Below are positions 6,905 through 17,013 of a stretch of 56,924 nucleotides of DNA, one piece after another. The notes beneath the pieces were generated by a model. The model ran no database searches, was not told the DNA's origin, and saw only the letters and a list, made by a program, of their open reading frames with translations. Position 1 is the stretch's first letter. Every line of letters begins with the position of its first letter. The DNA lies in contig JBAWXD010000001.1 in the NCBI GenBank assembly GCA_037144275.1, positions 1-56,924 of the forward strand, read 5' to 3'. The position numbers were made by a program, and so were the translations under genes. The stretch comes from Paludibacter sp. Its GTDB lineage: Bacteria; Bacteroidota; Bacteroidia; Bacteroidales; Paludibacteraceae.

Positions 6905-9900
6905 ATGATAGAACGTATCATTCATTTTTCAATAAAAAATAAATTTATTGTCGGACTTTTTGTATTGGCTCTAATCGGTTGGGGAACTTATTCGCTCACC
7001 AATTTACCCATTGATGCTATTCCCGATATTACCAATAATCAGGTGCAGATAATTTCACTTGCTCCTTCATTAGCTGTGCAGGAAGTGGAAAGTTCCATTA
7101 CGGCTCCTGTTGAAGTGGCAGTTGCCAATATCCCCGATATTACTGAACTTCGATCCATATCCCGCTTGGGATTATCAGTTATAACCGTTGTATTCAAAGA
7201 TGGAGTAGATGTTTACTGGGCACGGCAGCAACTCTCCGAACGGATAAAAGAAGCTGAAGATATTATTCCTGAAGGCCTGGCAAAAATTGAACTTGCCCCT
7301 ATTTCCTCCGGGTTGGGAGAAATATTCCAATATCGCTTAGCATTGGAGAAAGGTTACGAACACAGCTATACCCCTATGGAATTGCGGACTTTGCAGGATT
7401 GGACGGTTCGGCGTGGAATGCTTGGCACAGCCGGGGTTGCCGAGATTAATAGTTATGGTGGATTTATAAAACAATATGAAATAGCCCTAAATCCGGAAAG
7501 GCTCAAAAGTCTGAACCTGACGCTTACCGACATATTTGAAGCCCTGGCAAAGAACAATGAAAACACCGGAAGCGCCTATATCGACAAAAAACCAACTGCC
7601 TATTTTATCAGAGGAATTGGTTTGGTGAAAACATTGGAAGATATTGAAAAAATTGTAGTCAAATCTACCGCTTTGGGTATGCCGGTGCTGATACGTGACG
7701 TGGCAACTGTACAATATGGCAGTGCCATACGATATGGAGCGTTGGTGGTAGATAGTACTGAGGCAGTTGGTGGTGTGGTGATGATGCTTAAAGGAGCAAA
7801 CGCTCACGAAGTGATTGGCAGTGTGGAAAAACGCATTGAATCTATACAAAAGTCATTACCTAAAGGCGTAAAAATAGAACCGTTTCTCAATCGTTCCGAT
7901 TTGGTGGGACGGGCAATTACTACCGTTTCGCGCAACCTCCTGGAGGGTGCTTTAATTGTTATCTTTATTCTGGTATTGTTTCTGGGCAATGTAAGAGCCG
8001 GACTGATAGTCGCTTCGGTTATTCCGCTCTCCATGTTGTTTGCCGTTTCTATGATGCAACTTTTTGGAATTTCGGGCAATTTAATGAGTCTGGGAGCTAT
8101 CGACTTCGGGTTGATTGTGGATGGAGCGGTCATCATTGTTGAAAGTGTGGTACACCGAATCACCTTGAGTAAGCATCACCATGTAGGCATAAAGCGGTTA
8201 TCTCAACAACAAATGGACGAAACTGTTTTTGATTCGGCCAAACGAATGATGAGCTCTGCCACATTCGGACAAATCATTATTCTGATAGTGTATGTACCCA
8301 TAATGGCGTTGGTGGGTATCGAGGGTAAAATGTTTCGCCCCATGGCCCAGGTAGTTTCTTTTGCATTGATTGGTGCTACCATTCTTTCGCTGACGTATGT
8401 GCCCATGATTTCAACCCTGTTTTTGAGTAAAAGTACCGAACACAAACCCAATCTATCGGACAAAATGATGGAAGGTTTTCAGCATATTTTTAATCCGATT
8501 ATGCGCTATACAATCCAGCACAAAATGCTTGTTTCGGTTACGGTTATTATGGTTTTTGTTGCCAGCTTATTTGTGTTTAATAGTCTGGGTGGAGAATTTA
8601 TTCCTCAACTGGAAGAAGGTGACTTAGCTGCCGGAGTGATTACCCTGCAGGGCGGTTCGCTGAGTAATACGATTGAGCAAGTAGAAAAGGCGAATAAAAT
8701 ATTGCTCGCCAATTTTCCTGAAATCAAACATGCTGTTTGTAAAATTGGAGCAGGTGAAATCCCTACCGACCCCACACCCATGGAAACAGGTGATTATATT
8801 ATTACCTTGAAACCAAAAAGCGAATGGACTTCGGCACAGACACGCGAAGAACTTATTGCGAAAATGGAAGATGCGTTGATACCCTTGGCAGGAGTAAAAT
8901 TTGAGTTTCAACAACCCATTCAAATGCGTTTCAACGAACTGATGTCCGGTTCGAAACAGGATATTGCCGTAAAAATATATGGCGATAATCTCAACACCCT
9001 GGCCGAAAAAGCGGTTGATGTGGAAAAACTAATACGAACTATAACAGGTGTTGCAGATATTAATGTGGAGAAAGTAACCGGTCTGGCACAGGTGCAAATT
9101 GAATATAATCGTGATCGGTTGGCTCAATATGGTTTGTCTATTCAGGATGTAAACAAAGTGCTGCGGGCTGCTTTTGCCGGTAGTCAGGCAGGGGTTGTAT
9201 TCGACGAAGAGAAACGATTCGGATTGGTGGTGAGGTTAGATAAAGATTACCGCCAAAGTATGGTCGATGTAAAAAATCTTTCTGTTGCTTTGCCTTCGGG
9301 TGGGCAGGTTCCGTTTGACCAATTGGCCAGCATTGAAATTAAATCGGGTCCGGCGCAGGTGTCACGGGAGAACACAAAGCGCAGAATTACTGTTGGCTTT
9401 AATGTACGCAACAGGGATGTTCAAACTGTGATTGACGAAGTTAGCAAACAACTTGATACCAAACTTAAACTTCCAACGGGATATTCCGTATCGTATGGAG
9501 GTCAGTTTCAAAACCTTCAGGCTGCAAAAGCACGTTTGGCTATTGCCGTGCCGGTGGCATTGTTGTTGATATTTGTGCTCTTGTTTTTCACATTCCATTC
9601 GGTAAAACAAACCTTATTAATCTATACGGCAGTGCCTATGTCGCTGATTGGTGGTATTCTGGCTCTGTGGATTCGGGGCATGAATTTCTCCATTTCTGCC
9701 GGAGTTGGCTTTATTGCTTTGTTTGGTATTGCGGTGCTGAATGGTATTGTGCTTATTGCCGAATTCAACCGACTTGAAAAAGACGGTGTTGCCGATATTT
9801 ATGAGCGGGTGACTAAAGGACTGAAAACTCGTTTGCGCCCGGTAATTATGACTGCTGCTGTAGCTTCGCTTGGTTTTCTGCCCATGGCATTATCAAGTTC

Positions 9901-11296
9901 TGCAGGTGCCGAAGTTCAGAAACCGTTGGCAACCGTAGTGATTGGAGGATTGATAACAGCTACTTTGCTGACGCTTTTGGTACTACCGGTGTTCTACATT
10001 TTCTTTTCCAGCGTTTCTTTCAGGTCGCTGTTGAAACGGAAATCTACGAAAACTTTAGCCATCATATTCCTCCTTGTAGTTTGTTCTTCGGGCTTTAACA
10101 CCATAAATGCACAGAAACCCAAGACAATTCAACTCAAACAAGCCATTCAGCTGGCATTGGACAGTAATTTAATGGTACGTTCGTCCGGTTATTCCGTTGA
10201 AGTTCAAAAAAACTTGAAACGGGCTTCGTGGGATATTCCAAAAACAAATATTGAAGGACAATACGGGCAATTTAATTCCTATTCAAAAGATAATAGCTTT
10301 AGCGTTTCACAGTCGTTTGCGTTTCCTACGGTTTATGCTAATCAACATAAACTGGCAAGCGCCAATGTAAAAAGCAGTGAATGGCAATTGAAAAGTTCGC
10401 AACTCGACATAGCCACGCAGGTAAAACAAATTTACTGGCAACTGTCTTACTTGTACTCAAAGCAAAAACTGTTTGTTTATCAGGATAGCTTATATTCCGG
10501 CTTTCAGAAAGCAGCTGAGCTCCGTTTGAAAACAGGTGAAACCAATCGGCTCGAAATGATTTCGGCCCGTTCAGAAAGTCTTGAGATAAAAAATAAGTTG
10601 CAGCAAATTAGTGTCGATCTGATAATTTATAATCAGAAATTGCAAACTATTTTAAACAAAGAAATAGCTCTTTTGCCTGCCGATACGGTTTTGCCGCGAA
10701 TAGACTTTATACCTGCAACTGAAAATTCGGCATTTGCTGCCAACCCATCAATTGGTTATATCAATCAGCAGGTTGAAGTTTCGCAACTGGAGAAAAAACT
10801 GGAAAGTAGTCGTGCTTTACCCGATTTGAGTATAGGCTACTTCAGCCAAACCATGCAGGGAACACAGGAAATAAACGGAGTGCCACGTGTATTTGGCATT
10901 GGCGACCGCTTTAGTGGTATTCAGGCTGGTATAGCAGTTCCGATCTGGTTTGTTCCTTATTCCGCCAAAGCCAAAGCAGCTAAATTGAAGGAGAAGATAG
11001 CTCAAACCAATGCGGAAAGTTATTCCAAATCTATTTCGGGCAGCTATCGTTCCTTATTGCTTGAGCTCAGCAAAAACAGCAACAGTGTGGATTATTACGA
11101 AAGACAAGCTATTCCCGAAGCTGATTTAATTATCAGTCAGGCCACGAAAAGTTATAAAGCCGGTGCCATGGATTATTCGGATTATATGTTGAGTCTGAAC
11201 CGGGCGTTGAGCATCAAACAAAACTACCTCGATGCGCTGAATAGCTACAATCAAACCATTATTTCCATAGACTTTATTACAGGGAAAATCTTTTAA
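6905..11296 (+). CDS. czcA: CusA/CzcA heavy-metal RND permease fused to a C-terminal TolC/CzcC-like outer-membrane factor
   Basis: DAIPDITNNQVQI, MSLGAIDFGLIVDGAVIIVE, RLRPVIMTAAVASLGFLPMA and EVQKPLATVVIGG motifs. About 420 extra C-terminal aa with an OEP-like helical pattern follow a signal-like segment. Confidence 0.92.
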   Translation: MIERIIHFSIKNKFIVGLFVLALIGWGTYSLTNLPIDAIPDITNNQVQIISLAPSLAVQEVESSITAPVEVAVANIPDITELRSISRLGLSVITVVFKDGVDVYWARQQLSERIKEAEDIIPEGLAKIELAPISSGLGEIFQYRLALEKGYEHSYTPMELRTLQDWTVRRGMLGTAGVAEINSYGGFIKQYEIALNPERLKSLNLTLTDIFEALAKNNENTGSAYIDKKPTAYFIRGIGLVKTLEDIEKIVVKSTALGMPVLIRDVATVQYGSAIRYGALVVDSTEAVGGVVMMLKGANAHEVIGSVEKRIESIQKSLPKGVKIEPFLNRSDLVGRAITTVSRNLLEGALIVIFILVLFLGNVRAGLIVASVIPLSMLFAVSMMQLFGISGNLMSLGAIDFGLIVDGAVIIVESVVHRITLSKHHHVGIKRLSQQQMDETVFDSAKRMMSSATFGQIIILIVYVPIMALVGIEGKMFRPMAQVVSFALIGATILSLTYVPMISTLFLSKSTEHKPNLSDKMMEGFQHIFNPIMRYTIQHKMLVSVTVIMVFVASLFVFNSLGGEFIPQLEEGDLAAGVITLQGGSLSNTIEQVEKANKILLANFPEIKHAVCKIGAGEIPTDPTPMETGDYIITLKPKSEWTSAQTREELIAKMEDALIPLAGVKFEFQQPIQMRFNELMSGSKQDIAVKIYGDNLNTLAEKAVDVEKLIRTITGVADINVEKVTGLAQVQIEYNRDRLAQYGLSIQDVNKVLRAAFAGSQAGVVFDEEKRFGLVVRLDKDYRQSMVDVKNLSVALPSGGQVPFDQLASIEIKSGPAQVSRENTKRRITVGFNVRNRDVQTVIDEVSKQLDTKLKLPTGYSVSYGGQFQNLQAAKARLAIAVPVALLLIFVLLFFTFHSVKQTLLIYTAVPMSLIGGILALWIRGMNFSISAGVGFIALFGIAVLNGIVLIAEFNRLEKDGVADIYERVTKGLKTRLRPVIMTAAVASLGFLPMALSSSAGAEVQKPLATVVIGGLITATLLTLLVLPVFYIFFSSVSFRSLLKRKSTKTLAIIFLLVVCSSGFNTINAQKPKTIQLKQAIQLALDSNLMVRSSGYSVEVQKNLKRASWDIPKTNIEGQYGQFNSYSKDNSFSVSQSFAFPTVYANQHKLASANVKSSEWQLKSSQLDIATQVKQIYWQLSYLYSKQKLFVYQDSLYSGFQKAAELRLKTGETNRLEMISARSESLEIKNKLQQISVDLIIYNQKLQTILNKEIALLPADTVLPRIDFIPATENSAFAANPSIGYINQQVEVSQLEKKLESSRALPDLSIGYFSQTMQGTQEINGVPRVFGIGDRFSGIQAGIAVPIWFVPYSAKAKAAKLKEKIAQTNAESYSKSISGSYRSLLLELSKNSNSVDYYERQAIPEADLIISQATKSYKAGAMDYSDYMLSLNRALSIKQNYLDALNSYNQTIISIDFITGKIF

Positions 11297-11320
11297 TTTA
11301 CAATTTATTAATTTACAATT

Positions 11321-12502
11321 ATGACAAGCTATAATTTCAAATCATTTATTTTATTTTCAATCCTGCTGGTTGCTTTTGCATCGTGTGGGAAACAGAAGAA
11401 ATCAGAAACTGCTATCAAGGAAGAAGTGCTTCCGGATAATATTGTAGAAATGAGGAGCGATCAGGTAAAACTTGCTGACATAAAAACGGGCCTGATTGAA
11501 TTGCGTTCGCTAAGCGGAACCCTGAAAGTAAGCGGTGTAGTTGCCGCAGCCCCTCAAAATATGGCTATGGTAAGTATGCCATTGGGCGGTTTTGTAAAAA
11601 GCACATCGCTTATGCCAGGCAATTCGGTTATTAAAGGTCAATCACTGGCCGTAATCGAAAACGCCGAATTTATTGATATTCAGCAAAACTACCTTGAAGC
11701 TAAAAGTAAACTTGAATATGCTGAGGCAGATTATAACCGTCAAAACGAACTGTACAAAAATGATGTTTCGTCAAAAAAGAATATGCAGCTAGTTACGTCG
11801 GAGTACAAGAGTCTGAAAGTGCAGGTGAAATCATTGGAACAAAAATTGTCGATTATAGGTATTACTCCCAATAAACTGAATGAAAATACTATCAGTAAAT
11901 CCATTACGCTGACTTCCCCCATTTCGGGATATGTAAAAACAGTCAATGTAAGTATCGGGAAGTCGGTTTCGGCGACCGATGTGTTATTCGAGATAGTAAA
12001 TACCAGCAAACTCTTCCTTCAACTGACTCTTTTTGAAAAAGATGCCGATAAGGTTTCAAGCGGGCAGAATATACGTTTCTTTATCAACAATGAAACCGAA
12101 CAACATATGGCATTGATTTACCAAACCGCCAAATCCGTTGATTCCGATAATACCTACAAGGTATATGCAAGTGTTCAGGGGACTTGTAAGAATGTTTTAC
12201 CCGGCATGTATGTCAATGCGATTATTGATGCTACAACCCAAAAAGTAAGGGCAGTACCCTCCGAATCCATAGTTAGTTTCGAAGACAAAGACTATATTTT
12301 TATTTTTGAACGGAACAAACAGGAAAGTGGCAAACATTTTACAGAATACCAATTGATACAGGTAAAAAAAGGTGTGACCGACGAAGGATATACTGAAATT
12401 ACATTACCCGACAACTTCAATGTCAAAGCAGCAAAAGTGGTAGTAAAAGGTGCGTATGATTTGCTTTCGGCCAAGAAAAATGCAGGGGAAATGGCTTGCT
12501 GA
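11321..12502 (+). CDS. czcB: RND efflux periplasmic adaptor (CzcB-like lipoprotein)
   Basis: Lipobox FASC; biotin-lipoyl/alpha-hairpin MFP pattern (SPISGYV..G..V); follows czcA. Confidence 0.85.
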   Translation: MTSYNFKSFILFSILLVAFASCGKQKKSETAIKEEVLPDNIVEMRSDQVKLADIKTGLIELRSLSGTLKVSGVVAAAPQNMAMVSMPLGGFVKSTSLMPGNSVIKGQSLAVIENAEFIDIQQNYLEAKSKLEYAEADYNRQNELYKNDVSSKKNMQLVTSEYKSLKVQVKSLEQKLSIIGITPNKLNENTISKSITLTSPISGYVKTVNVSIGKSVSATDVLFEIVNTSKLFLQLTLFEKDADKVSSGQNIRFFINNETEQHMALIYQTAKSVDSDNTYKVYASVQGTCKNVLPGMYVNAIIDATTQKVRAVPSESIVSFEDKDYIFIFERNKQESGKHFTEYQLIQVKKGVTDEGYTEITLPDNFNVKAAKVVVKGAYDLLSAKKNAGEMAC

Positions 12503-12517
12503 TAAATTTGATAAAAA

Positions 12518-12554
12518 AAACCACCCAGTCTGAAATTTTCAGGCCGGGCGGTTT
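12518..12554. terminator. Bidirectional terminator between convergent czcB and acyl-CoA dehydrogenase genes
   Basis: AAACCACCCAGTCTGAA-att-TTCAGGCCGGGCGGTTT, with an A-run on the left. Confidence 0.7.
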
Positions 12555-12575
12555 CATCTAATGTTAAGTTTTTGT

Positions 12576-14132
12576 CTATGCTATCACAAAATTATTCCAG
12601 TTACTATCTGCCTGATAATCTTCGATTACTTTTGTAGGTTGAAGGTAAGAGAATTGACTAACCAACGTGCTGATTTCCTGACGAAGTAAGGAAACTGCGC
12701 CATCCACCAAATCGTTACGGAAACCGGCATCACCCAATTTGAGTACCATATCCATTGAAACTACGCGACTCATAACCCGTCCCAGTTCCACCAACTTACG
12801 CTGTGACATTTGCAGGTCAATATCGAAACTAACCAAATCTTTGACGTATTTCACAGCATTTTCTGTCAGGCGATGTGCTTTCAGAAAAGTATGAAACGCA
12901 GTTTCTTTAGCTGTTTTCATCAGTTTTACTACGGCTTCACCAATCTGAGCATACAGAATATCGTTGGAACCTTCGAAAATGATAAACGGACGACTATCCA
13001 CTGTGCCACGACCGGCAATATGATTCAACTTATATCCCTTTGCACCCACCAGGGTTAGCAAAGTTTGCGACGATTCCTGCATTAAATCCGTTGTTACGGT
13101 TTTAATGATATTGGCTTCGAGACCCAGACCTGTCAGGTCATTTTCAATACCGGCAACTCCTGAACTGTGTTTGCAGAAAGCAGAGATAATGCTGAAGTTT
13201 GCCTGAAGTTTGGCTAAATGTTGTTGTACCTGATCGTAAGCAAACAAACTACGGCCACCCACCAAGCGTTGCTGACAATGCGTAATAGCCTCATCGAGCA
13301 TACGTTTTACAAAGCCCAGACCCATGCCCGGAAAATGCAGACGGCTGCGGTGTAATAAATCCAACATCATTTGAACGCCATTAGTTTGGGGAATAAGTCG
13401 TTGTGTTTTCGGGATTTTTACATCCAGAATATTACGACCGTATGGAATTTGATACAAGCCCAGATTCTCAAATCGTTCTTCCACAAAAATATGTTGATCG
13501 GGATTGGTGTTGTCACAAACAAAAAAGTCAATGTCACGCTGCAAACCACCTTGCTCGGTTTGTTTACGGGCTGTAAGTAACCAGTAATCAGCCTGTCCGG
13601 TCAGTCCGGCCCAGTGTTTAGTACCTTTCAGATGAAAGTGATTGGATTGCTCGGTAAAGGAAGTTTGCATATTCAAGGCATCGCTGCCGAACCCCGGTTC
13701 GGTAATCATCAGTCCACCCATATTCTGGTGGTTCAAAAAACGACCAAATACTTCGGGTTTTGCAGCATCCTGACCGTATTTGGCAAAAGGTTGCAAAAAA
13801 AGTGCGTTGTTAATCCCCAGAGTCAGGGATAATGCGAGTGATTCGTAGGCTGAAGCCGATAGCAGTTGCAGGCTTTCCTGTACTATCCCGCCACGACCGC
13901 CGTATTCGGTTGGGATGGCAACTGAAAGAGGGTTACAATCCATGATTTGTCCGAGTACTTCAGGCGAAATACCACGGGTGATGCCCATCGTGTCAATGTC
14001 ATTTTCCTCATGAAAAACTCTTTTCAGGGTGTTTTTGAAATTTTGAATGAAATGTTCAAAGGGTAAAAAGGATTCTGCCTCTTCAACGGAAGATTCCAAT
14101 TTAGCGCTTGTTTTGTTTTGAGAATGTTGCAT
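12576..14132 (-). CDS. Acyl-CoA dehydrogenase family protein
   Basis: IPTEYGGRGG, GLMITEPGFGSDA, LKGTKHW and IFEGSNDIL (catalytic Glu region). Confidence 0.85.
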   Translation of the reverse strand: MQHSQNKTSAKLESSVEEAESFLPFEHFIQNFKNTLKRVFHEENDIDTMGITRGISPEVLGQIMDCNPLSVAIPTEYGGRGGIVQESLQLLSASAYESLALSLTLGINNALFLQPFAKYGQDAAKPEVFGRFLNHQNMGGLMITEPGFGSDALNMQTSFTEQSNHFHLKGTKHWAGLTGQADYWLLTARKQTEQGGLQRDIDFFVCDNTNPDQHIFVEERFENLGLYQIPYGRNILDVKIPKTQRLIPQTNGVQMMLDLLHRSRLHFPGMGLGFVKRMLDEAITHCQQRLVGGRSLFAYDQVQQHLAKLQANFSIISAFCKHSSGVAGIENDLTGLGLEANIIKTVTTDLMQESSQTLLTLVGAKGYKLNHIAGRGTVDSRPFIIFEGSNDILYAQIGEAVVKLMKTAKETAFHTFLKAHRLTENAVKYVKDLVSFDIDLQMSQRKLVELGRVMSRVVSMDMVLKLGDAGFRNDLVDGAVSLLRQEISTLVSQFSYLQPTKVIEDYQADSNWNNFVIA

Positions 14133-14392
14133 ATTCTTTGTTTTTTAATTTAATTCATGTTCCATTTGGAACAAGTAGTAATTAATGAAACAACTCTGGG
14201 GTCTAAATGTTTTGATTTACACTGATTTAGAAGAATATTTATACGTTTATACAACATTTATTCAATATATTGAGATTAATTTTAAGTAAGTCCGTAAATT
14301 CAAACTCCTCATACTGTATAAGTTCGGTTTAAATTGAACAACTACGCCCGACATTGATTACCTTTGCAAGATATATTTATAAAAAAACTTCC

Positions 14393-15364
14393 ATGTCTGA
14401 GAATAAAAAAGAACATCCTGCCGAAAAGACCGTTTTACACCCACGAAATAAGCATCGGGAGCGATATGATTTCAACTTGCTGAAGTCAGCTTGTCCTGAA
14501 CTGGGCAAGTATGTGAAACTGAATCCCTATGGCGACGAATCGATTGATTTTGCCAATCCGAAAGCGGTAAAATGGTTGAACAAGGCTTTACTTAAACAGT
14601 ATTATTCATTGGAATATTGGGATGTTCCGAGCGGTTATCTTTGTCCTCCGATTCCAGGAAGAGCCGACTACCTTCACCATATAGCGGAACTGTTGGGCAA
14701 GTCGAATAATGGCAAAATTCCAACCGGCTATAAGGTTAAATGCATGGATATCGGTGTGGGAGCCAGTTGCATTTATCCTGTTATTGGCAATAAAGAATAT
14801 GGTTGGTCGTTTATCGGGACTGACATAGATAATGCAGCTTTGGAATCGGCCAATAAAATCATCAGCAACAATGCCTTTCTAAAACGTAATATAGAACTCC
14901 GCTTTCAGGAAAATCCCAATGATATTTTTCATGGTGTGATGGAACGTAATGAACCCATTGACCTGGCTATCTGCAATCCGCCTTTTCATTTATCGTTGGA
15001 AGAAGCTCAAAAAGGTACGCTTCGAAAACTGAGCAGTCTGAATCATAAAAAAGTAACTACTCCGGTGTTGAATTTTGGTGGACAGAGTAATGAATTGTGG
15101 TGCGATGGTGGTGAGGAACGTTTTGTGCGCAATATGATTCGTCAGAGCAAACAATTTTCGACGAATTGCTTTTGGTTTTCTAGCTTGATTGCCAAACAAG
15201 TGCATGTTGCGCCACTTCTCGAAGCCTTGAAAATAGCCGGAGCAGTGGATGTAAAAACTATAGCAATGGGACAAGGAACGAAAATAAGTCGGATTCTGGC
15301 ATGGACTTTCCTAACTCCAACACAACAGAAAAAATGGTTGGAAACACGTTGGAATGCGCTTTAG
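14393..15364 (+). CDS. rlmF: 23S rRNA (adenine1618-N6) methyltransferase
   Basis: LHPRNKH, LCPPIPGRADY, DIGVGASCIYP, CNPPF, LNFGGQSNELWCDGGE. Start moved to ATG 14393 because a -7 element (TACCTTTG, 14359-14366) lies inside the longer ORF. Confidence 0.95.
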   Translation: MSENKKEHPAEKTVLHPRNKHRERYDFNLLKSACPELGKYVKLNPYGDESIDFANPKAVKWLNKALLKQYYSLEYWDVPSGYLCPPIPGRADYLHHIAELLGKSNNGKIPTGYKVKCMDIGVGASCIYPVIGNKEYGWSFIGTDIDNAALESANKIISNNAFLKRNIELRFQENPNDIFHGVMERNEPIDLAICNPPFHLSLEEAQKGTLRKLSSLNHKKVTTPVLNFGGQSNELWCDGGEERFVRNMIRQSKQFSTNCFWFSSLIAKQVHVAPLLEALKIAGAVDVKTIAMGQGTKISRILAWTFLTPTQQKKWLETRWNAL

Positions 15365-15396
15365 TTTATAGTTTATAATTTTTATTTTATAGTTAT
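15362..15396 (+). repeat. 7-bp-period array filling the rlmF-nnr spacer
   Basis: TAGTTTA TAGTTTA TAATTTT TATTTTA TAGTTAT; the first unit contains the rlmF stop. Confidence 0.5.
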
Positions 15397-16903
15397 GAAG
15401 TTTTTCAGCACATCTCAAATTCGTGAACTGGATAAATTCACGATTCAAAATGAACCGATTGCTTCCATTGACTTAATGGAACGTGCTGCCGATGTAATCA
15501 CAACTAAATATATTGAGTTATTTGATAGTGATTATCCTGTTTGTGTCTTTGCCGGACCCGGGAATAATGGTGGCGATGCGCTGGCAGTTGGAAGGCTGTT
15601 GCATCAAAGAGGATATCAGGTCACATCCATTCTGCTTTCATCAGATTCGTTATCCAATGACTGCAAGGCAAATTTCCGCCGGCTAGAAATTCAGTTTCCA
15701 CGTTCAATAAGTGAACTTAAACGAAAATTTATTGACCCTGAGATTTCTGATAATACGGTTATCATTGATGGGATTTTCGGATCAGGATTGAGTAGACCGG
15801 CTGAAGGTATTTTCTCAGATGCTATCCATTGGATAAATTCTTCGGGGAAAAAAGTAGTTTCCATTGACATTCCGTCAGGATTAAAGGGCGAAGAAAACTC
15901 CGATTTATCTGTTCCGATTGTAAAAGCTGATTATACTTTCTCGCTTCAATTTCCGAAATTGGCTTTTCTTTTTCCTGAAAATGATTCCTTTGTCGGACAA
16001 TTTATAACGCTTGACATTGGACTTCATCCGGTTGCAATAGCTTCTACAAAAAGTAATTTCTATTTTCAAACACACAGTGACATTGCTCAACTGATTAAAC
16101 CCCGTCCCGATTTCTCTCACAAAGGCATATTTGGTCATGCGCTGATAATTGCCGGAAGCAAAGGAATGGCTGGTGCTTCGGTGCTTGCCGGAAAAGCTGC
16201 ACTTCGGTCGGGTGCAGGACTGGTGAGTGTACACGGTCCGGCATCAAACCGGATTATTGTTCAGTCAACCGTGCCTGAAATTATATATTATTCAGATAAA
16301 TCAGAAGACCACATCACCGAAGTGAAGCTGGTTGATAGTTACGATGCCGTTGCAATCGGGCCTGGAATTGGTCAATCTGACGAAACAACAGCATTTTTAA
16401 AGAAAACGCTAGGCAAACTTATTTCGCCTTGTGTGATAGATGCAGATGCATTAAATCTAATCGGAAAAAACAAGGAACTTCTATCTATAATACCGAAAAA
16501 TAGCATACTAACACCCCATCCAAAAGAATTTGAAAGGCTTTTCGGACCTTCGAGAAACTCTTATGAACGTATGATGAAAGCTCAGGAAATGGCTCTGAAA
16601 CATCACCTGATTATTATACTAAAAGGACGTTACACCTTTATAGCAACACCTGATGCTAAACTAACCTTCAATAGTTCAGGAAATTCAGGCATGGCTACTG
16701 CGGGTGCAGGTGACGTGCTAACCGGTCTGTTGGTTAGTTTGTTGGCTCAAAGTTATTCTCCTGAATATGCTGCCAAAGCTGGAGTTTTTATTCATGGCAT
16801 GGCCGGCGATAAGTCCCTTGCGAGTCAGTCGAAAGAATCTTTGATTGCAGGAGATGTTATTGAGCATTTAGGTCAAGCATTCATGACTTTCAACTTCTCC
16901 TAA
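15395..16903 (+). CDS. nnr: Bifunctional NAD(P)H-hydrate epimerase/dehydratase (NnrE-NnrD, YjeF)
   Basis: LMERAA, GPGNNGGD, DIPSG, HKGIFG, GPGIG, DADAL, TPHPKEF, ATAGAGDVL. Confidence 0.93.
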   Translation: MKFFSTSQIRELDKFTIQNEPIASIDLMERAADVITTKYIELFDSDYPVCVFAGPGNNGGDALAVGRLLHQRGYQVTSILLSSDSLSNDCKANFRRLEIQFPRSISELKRKFIDPEISDNTVIIDGIFGSGLSRPAEGIFSDAIHWINSSGKKVVSIDIPSGLKGEENSDLSVPIVKADYTFSLQFPKLAFLFPENDSFVGQFITLDIGLHPVAIASTKSNFYFQTHSDIAQLIKPRPDFSHKGIFGHALIIAGSKGMAGASVLAGKAALRSGAGLVSVHGPASNRIIVQSTVPEIIYYSDKSEDHITEVKLVDSYDAVAIGPGIGQSDETTAFLKKTLGKLISPCVIDADALNLIGKNKELLSIIPKNSILTPHPKEFERLFGPSRNSYERMMKAQEMALKHHLIIILKGRYTFIATPDAKLTFNSSGNSGMATAGAGDVLTGLLVSLLAQSYSPEYAAKAGVFIHGMAGDKSLASQSKESLIAGDVIEHLGQAFMTFNFS

Positions 16904-16982
16904 GTTAAATAATCTAAAAAAATGCTTTATTGAATCGGATTCGGATAAAAGTCCGAACAAAAAGACTTTACTTTGCGTTGAA

Positions 16983-16998
16983 TTAATAGAGCTATTAA
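16983..16998. promoter_or_regulatory. Candidate TetR operator
   Basis: Perfect TTAATAG-ag-CTATTAA palindrome between a -7-like TTACTTTG and the TetR start codon. Confidence 0.5.
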
Positions 16999-17013
16999 AC
17001 ATACTTATTAAAT

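Noticed and set aside
11297-11320. TTTACAA TTTATTAA TTTACAA in the czcA-czcB spacer as another heptamer array
   Set aside because: Only three units with irregular period in nearly pure A/T sequence; cannot be separated from chance.
14243-14258. Possible second Cur box upstream of the acyl-CoA dehydrogenase (ACGTTTATACAACATT)
   Set aside because: Only the right half matches TATGTTnTAnAACATA; too weak in AT-rich DNA.
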